Shown here one piece after another: positions 1 to 12,677 of a stretch of 64,000 nucleotides of DNA. This DNA comes from Octopus vulgaris (Eukaryota), in contig OX597819.1 of assembly GCA_951406725.2 (NCBI GenBank), positions 107,632,001 to 107,696,000 on the forward strand, in the 5' to 3' direction. Position 1 is the first letter of the stretch; every line of letters starts with the position of its first letter. Position numbers and translations under genes: made by a program. The notes below the pieces were generated by a model that ran no database searches, had not been told where the DNA came from, and saw only the letters and a program-made list of their open reading frames with translations.

Positions 1-82
1 TGGAATTCAATTTGATTTCATTTGAATTGATTACTGAACATTATATATTGACTTTTATTCTTAAAATTCTGGAAATTCTTAA

Positions 83-370
83 GGCGTGGCCGTGCCGTTA
101 AGAAATCTCGCTTTACAACCACCCAGTTTTAGGTTCAATCCCAGTGCGCGGCACCTTGGGCAGGTGACTTCTACTATTGTTCGGGAATAACATATGCTTT
201 GTGATAAATTTGCTAGCAAGAAACTGTACGGAAGCCACTCGCATATATATCATATGTGTGTGTGTGTGATTTTGTGCTTCTGACCATATTTGTCACCCAA
301 ACGCCGCTTGACATGTTCTGGATTGTTTACCAGCCCATAACTTAGCGTTTTAGTAATAGAGATCAACAGA

Positions 371-372
<2 letters not shown>
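83..372 (+). mobile_element. Degenerate tRNA-derived SINE, family A
   Basis: Head GGCGTGGCCGTGCCGTTAAG..GGTTCAATCCCAGTGCGCGGCACCTTGGGCAGGTG matches the cleaner copies at 29550 and 45518; internal (TA)/(TG) tract. Confidence 0.7.
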
Positions 373-411
<39 letters not shown>

Positions 412-2049
412 CACACACACATATATATGTCTATGTGTCTGTGTGTGTGTATGCGTGCTTCACAATAAAAGTGTTAAGGTCAATTTGTTCGACTAAGAAC
501 GTTTAAGATGACGCTGTAGTAAAAGTTTAGAGGTATTTAGTAGAAATTTGAATGTCGGAAAGTAAACCACGAACAGAAATAATGTCATTTTCATAATACT
601 TGGAAACCAAGGTGCCAAGAGGACAATTCACATGCATAGATATGTAATCAGTAATACATGCAGTGGTAAGGAAATACCATTTTTAATTCAGCCCAGTTTA
701 TTTGATATTATATCTGTAGCCATCATACTTTTGAGAATTTTGACCATTATCCCGTCAGTGTATTAGGATAATCAATGTCCAGGAATATATATTTTGAGGG
801 CAGCTTCCCATATTTCAGTATCCTGCATTAGAATTGTCATAAAGGAAACAGTATTCTTCAAAATGAAATTCATCCACTGCCTATATTTCTCCTTGATTTA
901 TTAATTGAAATGGAAAAGCTTATTTGGACTAGAATGAAATGGCACAATGGTAGTGATGAATGAAATAGCAGATATAACTACATACTCTTTCTTGGTGTAA
1001 CCAGTGAGGAAAGACTGACAGGCCTTTAGTGAGAAAAGCGTGTCAATAAACAAGTGGCATGAGCACTTCTTAATAATTTGTTTTGTACCATTGCATAGCC
1101 ATAATTGATATTAATTATACAACTGCACTATTGGGAGTCATTCTAAGCTGAAGTTTGTGTGGTAATAGATTTCAAGATTCCAATAAATATCAAAATCTTG
1201 AGGGATGGTTATCTGTTTCATCCTGGCCCACATGTCGATGTTGTCCTAACCACTACGTCTGTGAGAGATTTGTGTGATCATTACTGCTGGATTGACTCAA
1301 TGACCAGACAGTTAAGCTTTATTCATGATAATCACGTTAATTTTATGTGTGTGTATGCATGAGTGTGTATAAATTTTATACTCACACACACACACATATG
1401 TAAATGTTAATAAGAATTATCTCCCCTACAAAGTAGCTCTCACTGTTGGATTATACAATTGATGGTAGCCATGTTTAATTCATGGAGAGAAAATTACCAT
1501 ACAGATAAGTTAACATTTCTTCTTATTAACATTTCTTTTTCCTACTTTTATTCCACATTTCTGTCCATTATTTACTAAAGTAAAATTATTCCAACAACTT
1601 CTAGTTATATAATTTTAGTTTGTCATGTTGTGATATACGATGTAAATAACAAAATAGGTTCATATAAGATAGACCTGAAGATTGTTAATATAATCGTTTT
1701 AATATGATATTGTATAGAGACATTCTATTTCAGCAATATCGGGGAATATGTTGTCATGAAACGCGCGTAGTCAAGATAACGTAAAGTATATGATTTGTAA
1801 TAAGAATTGAAGGTATTAATTTTGATAATTTGGAATAAGAATCGTAGGTATTAATTTTGATAATTTTAATATTTAGTCCTATATGTACGTATTGTGGATA
1901 ATGTCATTCAGTGATGATTGAGTTGCTTGAGGATGATTCTATCTCTTTAACCTATCTATTTATATGTATATAATACAGCGAGTAATTCATTTTAGTACCA
2001 GTAAATTGAACTTCTCTCCCCTGTGAATTAAGAAATAACTTCCCTAAGA

Positions 2050-2098
<49 letters not shown>

Positions 2099-2302
2099 GC
2101 AAATCTACGGAATGGAATAGATTAAATCCAGGCTACACATGTTTCTTAGCTAGCAGAAGTATTAATTCCTCGACTTGGGGGTTATATTTACAGCCTTCTA
2201 CGTCAATAAGCCACTATTGTTCTTTAACGTTGTTTTTTTTATACCTTCTACGGATTGCTCAAAGCTTGCTAACTTCCTACATCTTGATCCTTGATCTTAC
2301 CT

Positions 2303-2994
2303 TCACACATATATAGATATATAAATTGTTAGCATCCTTTCGTCTTGGGAGACAATGGAGTTGCGCATAAAATCAGTTTCGCGCAGGCCTGGGCTAGATG
2401 TAAGAAAATCCTGGGTAGCCCAATCGTCAGGATTCCTCTCTCGACATTGCTGACGTAGTCCAACGGAGTGCAGAGCATTAAGTTTGGCACCAGCTTGGTT
2501 GCAGGAGCTGCCGGAAGAGTTTCGAGTCAAACACTAAACCACCTACGGGGCTCCACTTCAGATTTCTTTGAAGGTTGTCTCATTTCCGTAACCCTGGATA
2601 GGGGCCCATACCGGGTTCTATCAGCCGGGGCCAGCTGAGCCCGGGACTCGTGTCAGACAGGGTCGTCACTCCCTGAAGTAGTGAAGAAAATCGCTACCCA
2701 CTACCTTAGCAAACCTCTGAGGCAAAGGTTTGTCCTCCTATACGTGTTCGAGCCAATATAATCTACGCGTGCATCGCAGATTGTGTTAAAGTCACCTAAG
2801 AACATTAAAGTGTGCAACATTCCTATAAAATTCTCTAGGCCTCTGAAGTAGTCAGACTGTCCTGCTCCACAAGGAGCATAAACATCCACCAATCTGAAGG
2901 ACTTACTGCTGCTGTGCGTCACGTCGAGAGCGTGTAGAATTGCGACTCTCCCACCACTCCAGGTTGGCTTGGAGAAATAAATTACTCGTAACAA
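2303..2994 (-). pseudogene. LINE apurinic-endonuclease fragment (L1/Tx1-like), disrupted
   Basis: ORF 2701-2994 has RLVDVYAP and MFLGDFN motifs typical of LINE APE domains; the GC-richer segment continues to about 2303 with stops. Confidence 0.65.
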
Positions 2995-3307
2995 TTTAGG
3001 AGTGCGGGGAAAACCCTCAGTCCATTCAGTTTGGTTTCAGTAGTGACTACTAAATCCAATCTATGCGAAGCGAGGCAGCTTTGCTTTCAATCCGACCCCA
3101 GGTCACGTACATTTATACAACCTACATTGAGCAAGAACATAAGAAAATGTTCACTAACCTGCTTTTCTTTTTATATATTCTTTGAGAAGGGTACATGTAC
3201 TTCCTGCCCTTCCACAGTGTTATATGGTGGGGTTTGCGTGGTGCTTCCTTTGAACTGATTGCACAAATGATCTTCTGGAGGGGACCAATGTCTTCGGGGT
3301 ATTTAGT

Positions 3308-3691
3308 TTACAATTTGTTGTATGTTATATTGTCCAAGTAAAAAATAAATTTAGATTTGATAGAATATTTGAATTGTTTGACGTATTGAACGGTTTGGCG
3401 TTTTGGGATTTGTTGAATTGTTTCTGTGAGTTCAGTGTTATTAACATTTATTGCAGTTATATTTATTATTGTTTTGGGTGGTTGTGAGAAGGGAGTTTGG
3501 GGTTCCTGTGTGCTTGTGGTGGGTGCATGTGTGTGCGTATCTGTTGAAGGCGGGGGGGAATTTTTCCCCTTTCGGCTTTTTGGCGGGGCTACAATTTGCC
3601 ACTCTTGTTCTGTGGTTGGAGGTTGGGTGGTGGTTGGTTGAGTGGTGGTTGGTTGAGTAGCGGTTGGTTGAAGGGTGGTGGTTTGTTTCAA
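3308..3691 (-). pseudogene. Possible LINE ORF1-like low-complexity fragment
   Basis: QPTTT repeats then EWQIVAPPKSRK; lies upstream of and on the same strand as the endonuclease fragment; no domain recognised. Confidence 0.25.
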
Positions 3692-3809
3692 AGGGGTCTT
3701 GTGGTGTGAATGAAATTTTGAGAGTGTACTGGTAGGGGTAAGTAGATAGAGAGATGAGAATAGATATATATGTTAGGAGGAGAATGGTATTAGTCAAAAG
3801 GAATAGGGT

Positions 3810-3811
<2 letters not shown>

Positions 3812-3889
<78 letters not shown>

Positions 3890-3901
3890 CAGAAAGAAAG
3901 A
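3812..3901. repeat. (GAAA)n microsatellite
   Basis: Directly visible. Confidence 0.95.
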
Positions 3902-4039
3902 AAAATGAAATAAGAAATGCTAAATGGTAGTCAAGATATTAAGAGAGGGATGGGAGAGGAGAGCTATCAGGATAAAAGGAATAGGGGAAGGGATAGAAGT
4001 AAGAGATCAGAATGTAAGTAAGGAATAAAAGGAATACTT

Positions 4040-4345
4040 CCTGTATCCATCCTTTTCCAAAATAGCTCCTTATATTGAACCCTACTGTTTCCTTCATCTC
4101 TGATGAAGGGATATTCCCTAATATCCCAGAAACAGCTGTAAGACTACCTTCCTCTTTATTAATGTCCAATAAATTCCACAAAGCTTTGGTTTTGTTGTTT
4201 CATTTAATTTAACATATACTTGCTTACACAAGGCCCGATTTAGACTCCTCACTCGTATTATCATCGAACCGAGAGTCTAACTACGGTCCTTCCGTAGCAT
4301 TTACATAGCCTTTCCTACCATCTTGGGTCTTCTGGATACCAATAT
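4040..4345 (+). mobile_element. HHR-bearing PLE pLTR-like element, family A
   Basis: Homologous by eye to 9740-10113 and 21490-21760; ends near a (TA)/(TG) tract. Confidence 0.7.
4097..4143 (+). ncRNA. Type I minimal hammerhead ribozyme, family A
   Basis: TCT-CTGATGA-A-GGGATATT-CCCT-AATATCCC-A-GAAAC-AGCT-GTA-AGA: intact core, 8-bp stem II, palindromic ACAGCTGT stem III. Confidence 0.85.
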
Positions 4346-4361
4346 CTCTCATATATATATT

Positions 4362-4401
<40 letters not shown>

Positions 4402-4842
4402 GAAAAACGTTTTCTTTACGCGCTATAAAGGCTGAAGTAAATCTGCCTCCAACTCAGTCGCGTGTCTGCGTTTTGCTTATTTTTTGTGTGTGTTTTACTA
4501 CATAAACGTCACCAACTGCCTACCCTGAGTAATTACTGACGGTATGTGCCTGATATATATAAATGAAAAATGCATTAATACCACAAAACGTACACGTACG
4601 GCGGACGCAGAAGGACCGTAATTCTTCATCAGTTATCGTCGGAAAAATACTAATGCCCAGTTTCGTGCTTTTAACGATAAAACTGGGAACTTCATATATC
4701 AACACGTTCGCAGCACTCGAGCTGAAACTAGTAGAAGAATGAAAGAATAAAAGAATGCCTATACATATGTAGATGTGTTGAAACAATTGTTGTGATTAAT
4801 AATATATTCTGGTATACCCCATCTTCTGTCTTTCATTTGTTA

Positions 4843-5723
4843 TATATATATAAAAGTAAATAAATGGTACAACAAGGCACCGATATTTACTGGAAAATAG
4901 CAATCGTAATAAATACGACGCTATTGTATAGCTTCACTATTGTATAGCTTCACTGCGTATATACTAGCAAAGACGCATGTGTGCAAAAAACATGAAAAAA
5001 TTTGTCTTACCTCTAGGAAGAACATCTGAAAAGTGGAAAACCTAGAATCGGATAATGCAGGACCGGTTTCAGACTCTTCAAATACGTTTGACAACGAAGA
5101 TTTGATTTGTCTTCATCAGCTGCATATACCTAGACAATATTTCAAATGTTGCCACATCTATGCAAGTACACTCGTCTGAACGCCAAAACGTTAACAGAAC
5201 GATAACAGTGAAGAATTTTCAATGAAAATAATAATTCAATACGAAAGTATTGCTTTCCAATAAAAGATAGCCCGTAAGGGTAAATTTATACATATAAAAG
5301 TAAATAAATGGTACAACAAGGCATCGATATTTACTGGAAAATAGCAATCGAAATAAATACGACGCTATTGTATAGCTTCACTGCGTATATACTAGCAAAG
5401 ACGCGTGTGTGCAACAAACATGAAAAAAATTTGTCTTACCTCTAGGAAGAACATCTCAAAAATGGAAAACCTAGAATCGGATAATGTAGGACCGGTTTCA
5501 GACTCTTCAAATAGAGGTAAGACAATTTTTTTCATGTTTGTTGCACACACGCGTCTTTGCTATATATACGCAGTGAAGCTATACAATAGCGTCGTATTTA
5601 TTACGATTGGTATTTTCCAGTAAATATCGGTGCCTTATACCATTTATTTACTTTTATATGTATAAATTTACCCTTACGGGCTATCTTTTACTGGAAAGCA
5701 ATACTTTCGTATTGCATTATTAT

Positions 5724-5730
<7 letters not shown>
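4843..5730 (-). mobile_element. Retrozyme-like non-coding element: about 1.5 tandem units (period 429) plus an inverted copy, flanked by (TA)n
   Basis: 4851-5084 repeats at 5295-5513; 5512-5730 is the reverse complement of about 5222-5444; carries an HHR. Confidence 0.75.
5055..5125 (-). ncRNA. Type I hammerhead ribozyme, family B
   Basis: Minus strand: ATGCAG-CTGATGA-AGAC-(about 34 nt)-GTCT-GAAAC-CG-GTC-CTGCAT; perfect core, 6-bp stem I, palindromic ACCGGT, GUC site. Confidence 0.9.
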
Positions 5731-5781
<51 letters not shown>

Positions 5782-5849
5782 CACACACAACACATACATA
5801 AGCAATATATAACTCTTCTTTCACCTTGGCAATGAATATATTGCTTCGT

Positions 5850-5903
<54 letters not shown>

Positions 5904-6137
5904 ACTTTTCAATATATTGGCATTTCAGCAATTGAAACCTTTTCGATGTCTTAACATCTCATCAAAAGTTGAAATATCTTTATATCAACGATAAACAACA
6001 CATTATAGGAGTTAAAATTAGAAACAACAATTAAACAAAGCAACATCAAAGTGAAAAAAGACTACCTTAATGTAAGTTCTAGGGTGTTATTAAAAACCAA
6101 TAAATTTTTATAACTTCCATCAGGCAATATTTTTGCC

Positions 6138-6237
6138 TTTTAGTCTTGATATTTTAGTTTTGGTACTTTAGTTTGCTGTCTATATTTTTGCTCTTTTAGT
6201 CTTGATATTTTAGTTTTGGTACTTTAGTTTGCTGTCT
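6138..6237. repeat. Local tandem duplication (44-bp match, period 56)
   Basis: TTTTAGTCTTGATATTTTAGTTTTGGTACTTTAGTTTGCTGTCT occurs twice. Confidence 0.85.
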
Positions 6238-7804
6238 TACCCTGTGTTCTTTCAAATTTTGGTCGGTCTAAAATGTTGCTCAATGGTGACATAATCATAT
6301 TTCTACAATCAATGAAGTGTGAAGATACTGACTGGACTTGCATATGTGTAAGGTAATGTTAGTAATATCTGGAATAAAATATTGTATACCTTACTGAAGT
6401 ATGATCGCTTTAATCTTTTCATCAAAAATGTCCCAACATATAATTTATATATATATGTAGGTCGATAGGTAGGCAAGTGTATAGGAGTGTATGTTTATAT
6501 AAATATATATATGTACATGCGTATATGTATATACATATACACGTTTGTATATACATATGTTTATGTTTGTATGTGAGTGTATGTGTATGTGTGTGTATGT
6601 GTGTGTATGTATTTACTAGAAGTATTAAAAAGGGAAAACCGATTTCTTTGAATAACAATTTTGTTATCATTTCCTCTAGATATGATTCAATATATTTCTT
6701 CATAGAATTATTTCCCCCTATATCGTTTAAAGCATTGCATTTAGTGATTTCTACAAATTTAATACTTTGAAGCTCCAAATAATTATTCTTTGATATAATA
6801 CAGAATTATCACAGTTTATCTCTTTTTCCTTCGCTGTAAATAATCTCAAAGTAAACGTTTTATTAAACTTCCTATATTTATCAATAATTTCATAAATGCT
6901 GCCTGATGCTTCACTTTGTCTTCAAATTGCTTCTAGGTTATCAATACAACCCATTCATTATCAGTTTATTATAGTTCAATTTTTACATTTTTTCACGTAT
7001 ACCTTTGTCACCTACTTTTTTTTCAACAATTCTTTCTTTCGTATTCTCCACATATCTTTGTTCCAAGCAAAAACATCTTTTCTATACAACTTTGATTATT
7101 GAAAACACATGCAATTATATACACGTGAACACACACATTCACAAATATGTTCCCACTGTTATAAGCATATAGACAGACAAACACATACATGGTGATGAAA
7201 TATTTAGTCATATCATTGTGGGGAAAATACTAACCCTGTACTTTACCACGTCATCCAATATGTTTCTGCATATAATTGCATTATATAAACATATATGTGT
7301 GTATACATATGTGTGTGTGTTTGTGTGTATGCGTGTATATGTACGTATGTATGTATATAACTCAAATCAATAAATACATCACCGTTTTTATTATTACAAT
7401 CATTTATACACGATGTTTAATATAAATCTCTGTCCGACATAAGTTTCTCTTGCATAGATACATAGCAATATGGTTTACATTTGCATCCAGTTTGTTCCTC
7501 AGGTTAAAAACGTGTTCATGCCGCTTTTTCAAGGTGTTGCCAATATTAAAGATTGAAGCTAACTGAAGTATAATGGTTCACACAGTTTTACATTTTACTA
7601 AGGGACAGTTAGTTTTGGGTGCAACGAATAAGAAAGGAATAGTTGAAACCTAATGCGGCTATAAAATCTGTTACCAGATTGATCCAAGGATGACCCTAAG
7701 GTCTGAATTTCCATTATGAATGTTAGATCTTAAACTAACTTTATGTGAAATAAATAAGACTAAATTTCAATGAGAGATTTAGGTCATTCCGATAAGGTAG
7801 TTAT

Positions 7805-7851
7805 CCGCCCCTGATTGGAACTCTCCCGTATATGACTTGCTTTTACTTCCG
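7805..7851 (+). promoter_or_regulatory. Possible compact promoter upstream of the THAP ORF
   Basis: CCGCCC (GC box), GATTGG (inverted CCAAT) and ACTTCCG (ETS-like) clustered about 40-80 bp before the ATG in otherwise AT-rich DNA. Confidence 0.3.
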
Positions 7852-7887
7852 CTGACTACCGACTCACAGGTTGTATGACCAGTTAAT

Positions 7888-8136
7888 ATGATGTCTCCGA
7901 AGAAATCGCGCAAATACTGTTATATATGTAACAATTATAGAGGGAAGAATGTATATGGCAAAGTTATTTCACTTCATAGATACCCTGCAAATGTTGCTAT
8001 TTGTCATATTTGGCATCAGAGATCGAGATTTGTGAGGAAAGACTTTGTTTACATTGCAAACAGCCAGATTTGCTCCCAGCATTTCGTCAATTCTGATGGA
8101 CCATCGACAGATCACCCCTTGCCATCCGTTCATTAG
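7888..8136 (+). CDS. THAP zinc-finger (C2CH) domain ORF, 82 aa; small gene or P-element-like transposase N-terminus
   Basis: CYIC...SLHRYP...W...ICSQHF...PLPS matches the THAP signature; the ORF stops right after the domain. Confidence 0.7.
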   Translation: MMSPKKSRKYCYICNNYRGKNVYGKVISLHRYPANVAICHIWHQRSRFVRKDFVYIANSQICSQHFVNSDGPSTDHPLPSVH

Positions 8137-8287
8137 ATAAACTTCAGAGATATGTGTATGTAACTCTGCATTTGTATTTGATAAATATGATAGGGATAAA
8201 AAATATTCAAAATTAAATCTCATTTATTTATTATAGTTTTAATTATACATTTGTTTATTTTTCATCCATAAAAAATGCAATTTATTA

Positions 8288-8586
8288 TACAAGGGGGAAA
8301 AGTCAAAGTAATTAAACAGGCTCTTTCCCTTCCGACTATCATATCTTTGAACCGCTCAAAGATCGTTTACGACGTCGTCGGATGAAAATGTGAAAGAAGC
8401 TGTGCATAAATGGTAGCATGACCAACCGAAAACCTTCTTCTTAGAGGGAAACTTATGGATCACTGGACCAAGTACATCGAAAAGGAAGGAGGCTGTATAG
8501 AAAAATGATGTACTTGCTTATCTCCTGCTTTTGTGTAAATACATTGTAAAACTAAGAGTGCGGATCATTTTTCACTCACCCTCGTA
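8288..8586 (+). mobile_element. Internally deleted mariner element
   Basis: Translates as PSDYHIFEPLK..SDENVKEAVHKW*HDQPKTFFLEG..WTKYIEKEGGCIEK* (mariner C-terminus); ends TACAAGGGGG.. / ..CACCCTCGTA resemble TA-flanked TIRs. Confidence 0.75.
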
Positions 8587-8747
8587 CTTGAGGTTATCGT
8601 TGGGTTTGCTGTATTGATGATATTAGCTCGTACTGAAATCCAAAGTAACGTCGAAGACGTTAACTCTATGTTCTTTCTCAATGGATATACCTTTGAAACA
8701 TTTGAATAACTTTCTCCTATACTTTTCTAAATTAAAATTATTAGATT

Positions 8748-8890
8748 TTTATTCCGCCGAGGTCGACTTTGTCTTTCATCATTCAGGGTCGACCAAATAA
8801 GTGCCAGTTGAACTCTGAAGTTCATGTAATCAACTTACCCCCTCACCCCCGAAATCGCTGGCCTTGTGCCAAAATTGGAAATCAATATCA
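8748..8890 (+). mobile_element. SINE family B fragment
   Basis: TTCCGCCGAGGTCGACTTTGTCTTTCATC..GGGTCGACCAAATAAGTGCCAG matches 63848-64000. Confidence 0.75.
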
Positions 8891-9739
8891 TTAGAAGATC
8901 TATATATTGCAAATTGAGTGTCATTCCTATATAATCTCCGCCCCAGTAACGGAAATTCGTTTTTATATAAAGTAAGATATAGATAACAACGAAGTCCGTT
9001 ACCTGAGCAGAATTGCTGGATCCTAAGCTAACGTCGAACATATAAGGCCTGTCTTTTCTTACTCAGTACTCTCTCTCAATTCCAGCAATGCATTTTCTTG
9101 CTTTTTTCTGGCCTTGCTCCAAAATTTGAAATCAATAGAATGTCTAATTCTTGTTTGGATAAACTTGCATTTTATAGCCTTATCAGGCTTCTAATTATTT
9201 CTCTCATTTCTTTGAACTCAAAACTAATCGATCCCTACTAAAATATAAAGCTATCTAAACTGTTACACTTCAATTCGCTTCAAACTTTAACATTGTCAGC
9301 ACCTTCAATAAAGCTGCATGGACACGTATTTAACCTGATGGACATATCTCACATTCTTTTACTCATTACCTTCTCATCTTTTCCTCTCCCTCACCCACAC
9401 CTCTCCCATCCTTCCATCCTCCCATCACATGATCTTGACCACTAAATAACACACTCTCTCTCACTTTCTTCACCATTTCTTACCTTTTTTCACTCTTTTT
9501 TTCACTCTTTGTTTTTCTGTCTCCCTTTTTTTTCTTTTTCTTTTTCTCTCTTCCTCTCATTTTCTCTTCCTGTTTTAGTTTTAGCCTTTCTCCTCTTTCT
9601 AATCATACACATCTCTCCTCCCTCCATCTATCCATAAATGCTACCAATTCATTCTCAAACTTTCTTTCACACCACTAAACCATTTCGAATGAGCAACACT
9701 GATTCCACGGCTCCATACTTTGAAATGACTAAATATAAA

Positions 9740-10113
9740 CTACTATCAGAACTTATACACCATGTACAGGAAACTTTTTGACCATTTCTATAATGGAACT
9801 GAAATTACAATATCTTTATATATCTTATTTCTACTTTCCTTTTCTTATTTCCCTCTATATTCCCAATCTTTTCCACAATAATTCGAACTCCAATATTTTC
9901 TCACACAGTCTCTGATGAAGGGATAGCCATAATATCCCAGAACCAGCTGTAAGACTCTTTCATTATAAATGTCCTGAAAACTCCTCAAAGCCTTGGATCT
10001 GTTATCTCATTCGGTCTAATATATATACGCATGCTAATACAAGACCCACGTTAGACTCCTCACTCGTACCATTATTGAACCAAGAGTTTAACTACAGTCT
10101 ATCCATAGCACTT
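9740..10113 (+). mobile_element. HHR-bearing PLE pLTR-like element, family A
   Basis: Homologous to 4040-4345; preceded by a long polypyrimidine tract. Confidence 0.7.
9907..9956 (+). ncRNA. Hammerhead motif, family A (GAAAC mutated to GAACC)
   Basis: AGTCT-CTGATGA-A-GGGATA..TATCCC-A-GAACC-AGCT-GTA-AGACT. Confidence 0.75.
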
Positions 10114-10116
10114 AAA

Positions 10117-10425
10117 TTAGGTACTTAAATCGAGGCACCAAGCCAGTTCGGTACAATCCGCGCAGCTCGAAATTAGGTGAATAAAAAGCAAATAAGTAAC
10201 AAGGATGTCCAGATATCAATGCACTACAGCCGTTTCAAGCGGCTCCATTTGGTCGACCGATGAAAACATTACATCAATTTGAAAGAAGCCGCACTCCACT
10301 GCATCTGAAGAGAACGGCTTCTTTGAAATTAATGTAATTCTTTCATTGATCGATTAAATGGAGCCGCTTGAAATGACTGTAATGCATTGATACCTGGACA
10401 TCCTTGTTAATTATTGGCTTCTTAT
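10117..10425. mobile_element. Fold-back HHR element, family C
   Basis: 10181-10291 is inverted relative to 10315-10425; homologous to 21800-22117. Confidence 0.7.
10300..10386 (+). ncRNA. Hammerhead motif with extended stem II, family C
   Basis: TGCAT-CTGAAGA-GAACGGCTT..GAGCCGCTT-GAAAT-GACT-GTA-ATGCA; the inverted arm has GAAAC-GGCT-GTA. Confidence 0.75.
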
Positions 10426-10481
<56 letters not shown>

Positions 10482-10652
10482 GTATTTGTGTGTGTGTGTT
10501 CGTGTGTGTTTATGGGGTGCATTTGATTTCATTACATTGTTTCCCACCCACAAGGAAGCAGTGCAGATGTGAACCAGAATGATCGTTGTCCCAAATAATA
10601 CTACCAGTATACTCTATCTTTTGCATTAATCATTTAGAATATATGTACATAT

Positions 10653-10653
<1 letters not shown>

Positions 10654-10720
<67 letters not shown>
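10654..10720. repeat. (GATA)n microsatellite
   Basis: Directly visible. Confidence 0.95.
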
Positions 10721-10723
<3 letters not shown>

Positions 10724-11256
10724 TAGATATAGATAGATATATATGCACATATATATATATGTATATATATATATATATGTGTATATATATATGTGTGTGT
10801 GTGTGTATGTAATATATGCATATATGTTTGTGTGTATAAATGTATACATATAAATGCATCATATATATATGTGCGTGTTTTCTTTGTGTGTGTCTTTGTG
10901 TGTGAGTATATATATATATATATATATGCACTTGTATATGGTGTGTTGTGAATTTATGGAAAGAAATCCCATAAAACTCAACAATTTTGTTAAAGATAGA
11001 GAAGAGAATATGTTAAAATGCACTTATCAAGTTTAATAAGATGATTCTACACCACCACACACCCGCGCGCACGACCTGGGTTCCTGAAATTTTCCATCTC
11101 TCACATTTCATTCTCAAAACATATTTTGTCAACGCGTGACTATCGTAGATGTACACAAGTTGCCGAACAGACGCATCGAAGGTAGACACGAACTCATTAA
11201 CTATATGACTGTACTTATAACATTTTGAAAATTTTGAAAAACAATCGAAATATACT

Positions 11257-11623
11257 TATTACCCCCGCCTTAGCGAAGGCGGAGGTATTGTTTTTCAGTT
11301 GTGTTTGTTTGTTTGTTTGTCCGTGGACAAAATATCTCAAGAACCGCTGGATGGATTCGGATAAGACTTTCAGGGAACTTTAGCCTCGTGACCGGCACGA
11401 ACTGATTAGATTTTAGGATCGATCTGGTACCGAACAAGGATTCTGGACTATTTTTCCTGTTGTTTTTTTTTTTCTACTTAATTTTTGAGAGCGGTCGGGT
11501 TCATTTTTAGTATTCTCGTTTGTGAGAGCAGTCGAGTTTATTTCGGATATTCTCATTTTAAAAATCATCTCTGGCAAATCGTTGAGAGGACGTTGGTGTT
11601 GCCTTGGCGGAGGTTTGCGCTCT
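11257..11623 (+). mobile_element. HINE/DINE-1-like non-autonomous Helentron-type element
   Basis: 5' TTATTACCCCCGCCTT-AGCG-AAGGCGGAGG hairpin, (GTTT)n, and subterminal inverted CCTTGGCGGAGG-TTTGCGCTCT at the 3' end. Confidence 0.55.
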
Positions 11624-12677
11624 TGTTTAACATGAATTTATTTGAAATCATTGAATACAAATATTTTGAAAAATAGTTATTGAATAAACTGTTAAAGAGA
11701 CAAAAAATTACTTTGCTCTCCAAATACGCGCAGTGATTACTTTGTGATTGAGAAGATCGCTTCGCTACCAAACGCTACCTAATTCCATCCCACTCTGCGA
11801 ACGTTGAGTAAGAATATTAACCAGAGCTACATGCTCATGAAATAGTTGTAAGTAAAATATATTAGGCGGAAGCTGTTCAGAATTTCGTCTTTCTTTGTCT
11901 TTATTATATATCATTTATTTGTAATTGTTTTTAGTGTAAATTAGTGTTCCGACAAAATCTTCTTGTAGCATTAGATATTAAGTTAACATTCCTTTATACT
12001 AACCATTTAGCAGTTCAGTACATAGGTATTGATAAAATAAGTATGTGACAAAAATACTGTGCTCAACATGATACATTAAAACCTATGAAAGAAATACCCC
12101 AGTATGACTGCGGATCAAATATTTCTTCAGAGAAATATTTGCTAAAGACCCAATTAAAAAGAAACAAAAAGTTATTATAGATAACAGATGAGTTAAATTA
12201 ATAATGTTAAGTTGGGTTGTATTTTGTTGTCTTTTGTTTTTGTTCTTTAGCCCCAGGTAATACTGGCAGACAAGATTAATGATTTTCAGTCTTTTAATAG
12301 AATACAATGTACTATTTGTACCTTGGACGTCATTATATAATGAAGTGATTTTTAGCACTCTGTCAATTACCCACTCGTTTTTATGTATTACATTATTTTC
12401 CCTCTATTCAATTCCCTTCAAAAAACGAAAAATCATGACAGAAGCAAAGAGAAAAAGAAGATAAAGCAAATTTATTGTGAAAGTTTTGCATGAATAAACT
12501 TTGATAAGGGAGAGAAAGGTGTAGATGAAATATATATCAAGCAAAACTGAATTTTTATTAACCAAAGAAATATGACAACGAAAATGAACGGAGCTAAAAT
12601 ATACTTGAAAGCAAATAGCTATCACTTTATATTTTTCTTTTCAAAAGATCAAACAAAATTATCAGCAATATTATCAA

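Noticed and set aside
2130-2213. Minus-strand GGCTTA-TTGACGT..GAAAC-AT-GTG-TAGCC in a TA-adjacent segment
   Set aside because: Several core mismatches and no clear stem II; possibly a decayed HHR but not counted
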